From positions 1-64,000 of the forward strand of contig JAKFBU010000030.1 of the NCBI GenBank assembly GCA_036676985.1: a stretch of 64,000 nt of DNA, given 5' to 3'. Position numbers and translations under genes: made by a program. This stretch comes from Candidatus Sericytochromatia bacterium. GTDB lineage: Bacteria > Cyanobacteriota > Sericytochromatia > S15B-MN24 > UBA4093. The notes beneath the pieces were generated by a model, which worked only from the letters and a program-made list of their open reading frames with translations, was not told the origin of the DNA and made no database searches. Each line of letters starts with the position of its first letter. Position 1 is the stretch's first letter. Positions 57,377 through 64,000 of this stretch are shown here, one piece after another.

Positions 57377-57402
57377 TTTATAGCGAAACGCGGCGAGGGT
57401 AT
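57377..57402 (+). promoter_or_regulatory. candidate SigB/SigF-like promoter of the diguanylate cyclase
   Basis: TTTATA-N14-GGGTAT, 52 nt upstream of ATG. Confidence 0.4.
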
Positions 57403-57454
57403 ATAGCATGGGAGCATCGCCCTCGCGCCCGGTCGCCATGTCACGACAGCAGAA

Positions 57455-59155
57455 ATGGACGTTATGACCCGCAACTCTCCCGCTCGGCCGTCCGGCCAGC
57501 CCCGCCCCTACGCCACGGCGTTCCAGGACCTGGCTGCGGCCTTCAGCGCCTCCACCCTGGCCGCGAACGGCAGCCGGGCCCTGTCGCCCCTCAAGCTGCC
57601 GGAGCGCCCATGGACGCCGCTCGACCTGGATACGGTCCTGCTGGATGTCCTGAGCAAGGTGGCCCAGATCGCCAAGGCCGATCGCGGCTTCATCTCCCTG
57701 GTCGACGAGTCCGGAGGGCCGATTTACTCATTGGTTCTCGGGGGCACGGGCGACGTCCATACGCTGTTCCCGTACTGCACCACCCTGCTGCAGGACGTGA
57801 TGACCGAACGCAGGCCCCTCTGGATCGACGACGCCCAGCGTCACCCCCTCTTGCAGCACTCCGACAGCGTCTTCGAGCTCGGGCTGAGAAACTTGATCGT
57901 CTTGCCGCTCCTGCTGTCGGAGGTGGTGGTGGGCGTCATCTACATGGACCGGAGCTCCCTCGAAGAGCGGCTCACCCCCTCGGATCACGCGATCCTCGAG
58001 AGCTTCGCGACCTACGCGGCCCTGGCCGTCCACAGCGTGTGGGCCAACAACGAGATGTCCGCCCGCGTTCGGAAGCTCCAGCTCATCAACGAGGTCTCCC
58101 TGGCGATCAGCGCCACCCGCAAGATCGAGCGCCTGCTCTCGTTGATTCTCCAGCACTGCTTGTCGCTCTCCGGCGGCGACCAGGGCTACATCCTGCTGGG
58201 CACCCACGGCGACCTCAAGTGTCTCGCCAGCCTGGACAGCTCCGGGCAGCCGGTGGAAACCCTCGCGATCAGCCGCAGCATCGTCTCGCGCTGCATCGAC
58301 GAGCGACGCGCGATCTGCATCCTCGATACGGGCCTGGACGCGGCCAACCAGACGGCCAGCGTGATGGCGCTCGACTTGCGATCGGTCATCTGCGTCCCAT
58401 TGGTGGCGAGCCAGCAGCAGCTCGGTGCGCTGTACATCAGCAGCAACGCCATCACCAAGACCTTCACGGCCCAGGATCAGTCCCTGCTGGAGGCGATCGC
58501 GAACCAGGCGGCCCTCACCATCCAGAACGCCCAGTTGCTCGACGAGCAGGAGCGCCAGATCCATGAACTGGAGCGGGCCCTCCAGCTGGTCCACGAGGCT
58601 CAGATCAAGGCCGTGACGGACGGATTGACGGGGCTCTTCAACCATCGCTTCTTCAAGGAGCAGTTGATCAACGCCCTGGCGGAGGCCGAGCGCTACGGCA
58701 CGCCGCTCAGCGTCATCATGGTGGACCTGGACCACTTCAAGCGGATCAACGACACCTACGGCCACCAGACGGGCGACGAGGTGCTCCGCCAAGCCAGCGC
58801 GTGCCTTCGCCAGACGGTCCGCGACAGCGACATCGTGGCGCGGTATGGCGGGGAGGAACTGGCCGTCTTGCTGCCCCATACCGACGCCGCCGGGGGCGCC
58901 TTGGCCGCCGAACGGATCCGCGAGGCCATTGCCGCCATGGCCTTGACGACGATCGCGGGCGAGCCCTTCACCGTCACGGCGAGCTTGGGCGTCGCCTCGC
59001 TGAGGGAGGGTTCGACCGCCGTCGAGCTGCTGGAACGTGCGGACAAGGCCCTCTACTCGGCCAAGCACGGCGGGCGCAATCAGGTGGGACTGGATGATCC
59101 GGCGGCCGCCACGAGCCTGAATCCCGCTCCGGAGAAACCTCCGAGCGGCTCCTAG
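57455..59155 (+). CDS. GAF-GAF diguanylate cyclase
   Basis: DGLTGLFN, DLDHFKRINDTYGH..GD, I-site RDSD, RYGGEEL, AD.ALY.AK..GRN. Confidence 0.95.
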   Translation: MDVMTRNSPARPSGQPRPYATAFQDLAAAFSASTLAANGSRALSPLKLPERPWTPLDLDTVLLDVLSKVAQIAKADRGFISLVDESGGPIYSLVLGGTGDVHTLFPYCTTLLQDVMTERRPLWIDDAQRHPLLQHSDSVFELGLRNLIVLPLLLSEVVVGVIYMDRSSLEERLTPSDHAILESFATYAALAVHSVWANNEMSARVRKLQLINEVSLAISATRKIERLLSLILQHCLSLSGGDQGYILLGTHGDLKCLASLDSSGQPVETLAISRSIVSRCIDERRAICILDTGLDAANQTASVMALDLRSVICVPLVASQQQLGALYISSNAITKTFTAQDQSLLEAIANQAALTIQNAQLLDEQERQIHELERALQLVHEAQIKAVTDGLTGLFNHRFFKEQLINALAEAERYGTPLSVIMVDLDHFKRINDTYGHQTGDEVLRQASACLRQTVRDSDIVARYGGEELAVLLPHTDAAGGALAAERIREAIAAMALTTIAGEPFTVTASLGVASLREGSTAVELLERADKALYSAKHGGRNQVGLDDPAAATSLNPAPEKPPSGS

Positions 59156-59736
59156 ATGTCTTTTCGCTCGGCCCACTTGCGGCCTAGATCGGGCACCTGG
59201 TAGCGCTCCAGCCGATCCAGGAGGCGTCGCGGATCGGGCTCCAAGCACAGGAGGGCCTGGTGCGACTCGGGGATGAAGCCCTCGGCCACACCCCGCTCCA
59301 CCAGGGCCAGGAGGGGATCGTAGTAGCCCTCCACGTCCAGCAGGCCGACGGCCTTGCGGTGGATGCCCAGCTGCCCCCAGGTCACCACTTCGAAGAGCTC
59401 TTCGAACGTGCCGAAGCCCCCCGGCATGGCGATGAAGGCGTCCGACTTGGCCGCCATGAGGGCCTTGCGCTCGTGCATGGTGCCGACCACATGCAGCTCG
59501 GTCAGGCCGCGATGGGATAGCTCGCGCGACACCAGGGCCTCGGGGATGACGCCGATGACCTCGCCGCCCCGCGCGAGCACCTCGTCCGCGATGGCGCCCA
59601 TCAGCCCGACGCTGGCCCCACCGTACACCAGGCCATAGCCCCGCTCCACAAGAGCGGCCCCCAGCTCCCGGGCGGCCTCCAGGTAGGCGTCGCGCGCCCC
59701 CGGCTTCGATCCACAAAACACGCACACGCGCTGCAT
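59152..59736 (-). CDS. LOG family nucleotide phosphoribohydrolase (TIGR00730-like)
   Basis: VCVFCGS, YGG..VGLMG, MHERK, PGGFGTFEE. Confidence 0.93.
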   Translation of the reverse strand: MQRVCVFCGSKPGARDAYLEAARELGAALVERGYGLVYGGASVGLMGAIADEVLARGGEVIGVIPEALVSRELSHRGLTELHVVGTMHERKALMAAKSDAFIAMPGGFGTFEELFEVVTWGQLGIHRKAVGLLDVEGYYDPLLALVERGVAEGFIPESHQALLCLEPDPRRLLDRLERYQVPDLGRKWAERKDI

Positions 59737-59880
59737 GAAAGGTCCTTCTTCCCACCGTATCCGCCGGCTTCCGTCCGGCCCGCATCGCCGCCCGGCATCG
59801 GTCCTCCGGGCGCCGCGAATCCACCATTATTCCACACGCGGACGGTCAAACGACCTACTCAATATTCCGTTACACTTTCC

Positions 59881-59909
59881 TTGACCCGGGGCTCCCGCAG
59901 GCGTACAGT
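59881..59909 (+). promoter_or_regulatory. sigma70 promoter of gap operon
   Basis: TTGACC-17nt-TACAGT, then AGGAGG RBS. Confidence 0.7.
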
Positions 59910-59923
59910 TAAGCGAGGGATAA

Positions 59924-60967
<1,044 letters not shown>

Positions 60968-60970
60968 GCC

Positions 60971-62173
60971 ATGGCGAGCAAGAAGAGCGTCGCGGACCTC
61001 GGTCCGCAAGATCTCAAGGACAAGCGGGTGCTGGTCCGGGCGGACTTCAACGTCCCCATGGACGATGGCCGGATCACGGACGACACCCGCATCCGCGCCA
61101 CCTTGCCCACCATCAAGTACCTGACGGACCGGGGCGCCAAGGTTCTCTTGACGTCCCACCTCGGCCGTCCCAAGGGCAAGACCCCCGAGCTGACGCTTCA
61201 GCCGGTGGCCAAGCGCCTGGGCGAGCTCCTGGGCCAGGACGTGCGCATGGCGCCCGACGCCATCGGCCCCGAGGTCCAGAAGCTCGCCGAGGACCTCAAG
61301 CCCGGAGATGTCCTCCTCCTCGAGAACATCCGCTTCTACCCGGAAGAGGAGAAGAACGACCCCGCGTTCGCCAAGCAGCTCGCCTCCGAGGCGGACCTCT
61401 ACGTGAACGACGCCTTCGGCACCGCCCACCGGGCGCATGCCTCCACGGCCGGGGTCGCCGAGTACCTGCCCGCGGTCGCGGGCCTCTTGCTCGACAAGGA
61501 GATCTCGGTGATGGGCAAGGCCCTCTCGAACCCCGAGCGGCCCTTCGTCGCCATCATCGGCGGCTCCAAGGTCTCGAGCAAGATCGGCGTCATCGAGAAC
61601 CTGATCGGCAAGGTCGACACGCTCGTCATCGGCGGCGGGATGATCTTCACCTTCTTCAAGGCCCAGGGCCTCGAGGTCGGGCGATCGCTCGTCGAAGCGG
61701 ACAAGCTGGAGCTCGCCCGCGAGCTCATGACCAAGGCCGCCGCCAGCGGGACCACGCTCCTGCTGCCCGTGGACGTCCTCGTCGCCCCCGACATCAAGGC
61801 CGCTAAGGCCAGTGCCGTGGTCGACGTCGACAAGATCCCGCCCACCGAGATGGGCGTGGACATCGGCCCCAAGTCCATCGAGGCCATCCGCCGGGCCCTC
61901 GGCGACTCCAAGACGATCGTCTGGAACGGTCCCATGGGCGTCTTCGAGAACCCGGCCTTCGCCGAGGGGACCCGGGCCGTGGCCCAGTTCGCGGCGGAGC
62001 GGACCGAGAAGGGCGCCACCACCATCGTGGGCGGCGGCGACTCGGTGGCGGCCATCGAGCAGATGGGCCTCGCCGACAGGTTCACCCACGTTTCGACCGG
62101 CGGCGGCGCCTCGCTCGAGTTCCTCGAAGGGCTCGAGCTCCCGGGCGTCGCGGCCCTGAGTGAGAAAGCATGA
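60971..62173 (+). CDS. pgk: phosphoglycerate kinase
   Basis: [40 protein letters not shown]. Confidence 0.98.
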   Translation: MASKKSVADLGPQDLKDKRVLVRADFNVPMDDGRITDDTRIRATLPTIKYLTDRGAKVLLTSHLGRPKGKTPELTLQPVAKRLGELLGQDVRMAPDAIGPEVQKLAEDLKPGDVLLLENIRFYPEEEKNDPAFAKQLASEADLYVNDAFGTAHRAHASTAGVAEYLPAVAGLLLDKEISVMGKALSNPERPFVAIIGGSKVSSKIGVIENLIGKVDTLVIGGGMIFTFFKAQGLEVGRSLVEADKLELARELMTKAAASGTTLLLPVDVLVAPDIKAAKASAVVDVDKIPPTEMGVDIGPKSIEAIRRALGDSKTIVWNGPMGVFENPAFAEGTRAVAQFAAERTEKGATTIVGGGDSVAAIEQMGLADRFTHVSTGGGASLEFLEGLELPGVAALSEKA

Positions 62174-62943
62174 GCAAGCGCAAGCCGGTCATCGCCGGCA
62201 ACTGGAAGATGTTCAAGACGACCCAGGAAGCCCGCGACTTCGCGCGCGGGCTCTCCGAGGAGCTCAAGCGCACGACCGATCCCACGGTGGTGATCTGCCC
62301 GCCCTTCACCTCGCTGCACGTGCTCCGCGAGGAGCTCGGCAACACCGAGGTGCAGCTCGGCGCGCAGAACATGCACTGGATGGACGAGGGCGCCTACACC
62401 GGCGAGATCTCGCCCGTGATGCTCCGGGACGCGGGGGCCACCCACGTGATCATCGGGCACTCGGAGCGGCGCCAGTACTTCCACGAGACGGACGGCACGG
62501 TCAACCGCAAGGTCCAGGCCGCCCTCCAGTGGCAGCTCACGCCGATCATCTGCGTCGGTGAGACGCTCGAGGACCGCGAGGTCCAGCTCACGGACAACGT
62601 GATCATCGTCCAGACCCAGCGGGCGCTGTTGAACATCGCCCCGGAGCTGGTCGCGCAGTGCATGTTCGCGTACGAGCCCGTCTGGGCCATCGGCACGGGC
62701 AAGACCTGCGCGTCGGACGAGGCCAACCGGGTCTGCGGCATCATCCGCGAGACGGTGGGCAAGATGGCCGGGCCCGAAGTGGCGGATGCCGTGCGCATCC
62801 TCTACGGCGGCTCGGTCAAGCCCGAGACGATCGCCGAGCAGATGGCCCAGCCGCACATCGACGGAGCCCTGGTCGGCGGCGCGAGCCTCGACCCCAAGAG
62901 CTTCGGGGCCATCGTCAACTTCCGTTCGGCCGCCGCACGCTAA
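62170..62943 (+). CDS. tpiA: triosephosphate isomerase
   Basis: [35 protein letters not shown]. Confidence 0.98.
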   Translation: MSKRKPVIAGNWKMFKTTQEARDFARGLSEELKRTTDPTVVICPPFTSLHVLREELGNTEVQLGAQNMHWMDEGAYTGEISPVMLRDAGATHVIIGHSERRQYFHETDGTVNRKVQAALQWQLTPIICVGETLEDREVQLTDNVIIVQTQRALLNIAPELVAQCMFAYEPVWAIGTGKTCASDEANRVCGIIRETVGKMAGPEVADAVRILYGGSVKPETIAEQMAQPHIDGALVGGASLDPKSFGAIVNFRSAAAR

Positions 62944-63109
62944 GTCCCCTTCGGGACTGACCTGGAGACCCTCCCTGGCTGCAGCCGCCCTTCCGGTGGC
63001 TTCCCCCCTTCTAGAGGGGGGGCCAGGGGGGGTCCTCCTCTTATCGTCGCACAGTTTTTGGCCCGCCCGCAGCTTGAAATAGGCTCACGGCGCACGTTAG
63101 GGTGAAATC

Positions 63110-64000
63110 ATGAAAAACGGACCGCTCGCACTCATCGTATTGGACGGCTGGGGCATCAACCCGCGGCCGGAAGGCAACGCGATCGCCATGGCCCAGAAGC
63201 CCAACTGGGACCGCTTCATGGCGACCTACCCGTGCGTGCCGATCCCCACGTCGGGCGAGTCGGTCGGCCTGCCGCCCGGGCAGATGGGCAACTCCGAGGT
63301 GGGCCACACCAACATGGGCGCGGGCCGGGTGGTCTACCAGGACCTCGTGCGCATCAACAAATCCATCTACGACGGGGACTTCTTCGAGAACCCGGTGCTC
63401 GTCGAGGCCATGCAGGCCGCCAAGCGCAAGGGCGGTCGGGTCCACCTCATCGGGCTGGTCTCGGACGGCGGCGTCCACAGCTCCCTGGAGCACCTCTACG
63501 CCCTCTTGGAGCTCGCGAGCCGCCAGAGCGTCCCCAGCATCTTCGTCCATGCCTTCATGGACGGCCGGGACACGCCGCCCACCTCGGGCGGGCGCTTCCT
63601 GTACGAGCTCGACAAGCGACTGGCCGCCACGAGCGGCGCCCAGCTCGCCACCATCGTCGGCCGCTACTACGCCATGGACCGCGACAAGCGCTGGGACCGG
63701 GTGGAGCTCGCGTACCGCGCGATGGTGGACGGCGTGGCCGAGCACCATGCCCGTACGGGTTCCGAGGGCATGTCCGAAGCCTACGCGCGGGGCGAGACCG
63801 ACGAGTTCATCAAGCCCATCCTCGTGGCCGAGGACGGCCGGATCCGCACGGGCGACACGGTGATCTTCTTCAACTTCCGGCCGGACCGGGCCCGCGAGAT
63901 CACCCGGACGCTCATCGACCCCGCCTTCAACGAGTTCGAGCGCCCGAACCAGCCGGACGTGCACTTCGTGTGCATGACCCAGTACGACGAGAGCTTCAAG
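63110..64000 (+). CDS. gpmI: 2,3-bisphosphoglycerate-independent phosphoglycerate mutase (truncated by window end)
   Basis: LIVLDGWG, GQMGNSEVGH, SDGGVHS, DGRDT, GRYYAMDRD, TDEF, FNFRPDRAR; absent from the ORF track because no stop falls in the window. Confidence 0.96.
   Translation, partial: MKNGPLALIVLDGWGINPRPEGNAIAMAQKPNWDRFMATYPCVPIPTSGESVGLPPGQMGNSEVGHTNMGAGRVVYQDLVRINKSIYDGDFFENPVLVEAMQAAKRKGGRVHLIGLVSDGGVHSSLEHLYALLELASRQSVPSIFVHAFMDGRDTPPTSGGRFLYELDKRLAATSGAQLATIVGRYYAMDRDKRWDRVELAYRAMVDGVAEHHARTGSEGMSEAYARGETDEFIKPILVAEDGRIRTGDTVIFFNFRPDRAREITRTLIDPAFNEFERPNQPDVHFVCMTQYDESFK

Noticed and set aside
55189-58566. 1125-aa plus-strand ORF
   Set aside because: Antisense to the phosphatase and out of frame with the cyclase; no recognisable domain.
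38360-59155. Signalling/PKS block as an active mobile element
   Set aside because: No integrase, transposase or flanking direct repeats seen; horizontal origin remains possible but is not shown.

Overview
High-GC bacterial chromosome segment. A cyanobacterial-type RecG N-terminal extension, a DUF3370-like gene and abundant GCGATCGC hint at a non-photosynthetic relative of Cyanobacteria such as Sericytochromatia; this is inference only. The window opens with tRNA-Arg(CCT) and a small accessory islet (Fic protein with tandem operators, pRiA4b ORF3-like gene, Trp-rich lipoprotein, GNAT remnant). Housekeeping and metabolic genes follow: clpP, M13 peptidase, glnS, tam, sfsA, tspO, exbB-exbD-tonB-TBDR, mpg, recG, rsmD, two orphan paralogous histidine kinases and a tandem-repeat protein. 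It ends with gap-pgk-tpiA-gpmI. The most striking region is a ~20.5 kb block (38703-59155). It interleaves a FAAL-ACP-PKS (KS-AT-DH-KR-ACP-reductase) lipid pathway, headed by a giant Ser/Thr kinase-ATPase and a decayed PPTase, with a partner-switching set (two STAS proteins, an RsbW-like kinase, a double-PP2C phosphatase) and a c-di-GMP module (GAF-GAF-GGDEF cyclase, PilZ). Several SigB/SigF-like promoters lie inside the block, but no sigma factor gene. All calls come from reading motifs by eye; no searches were run.
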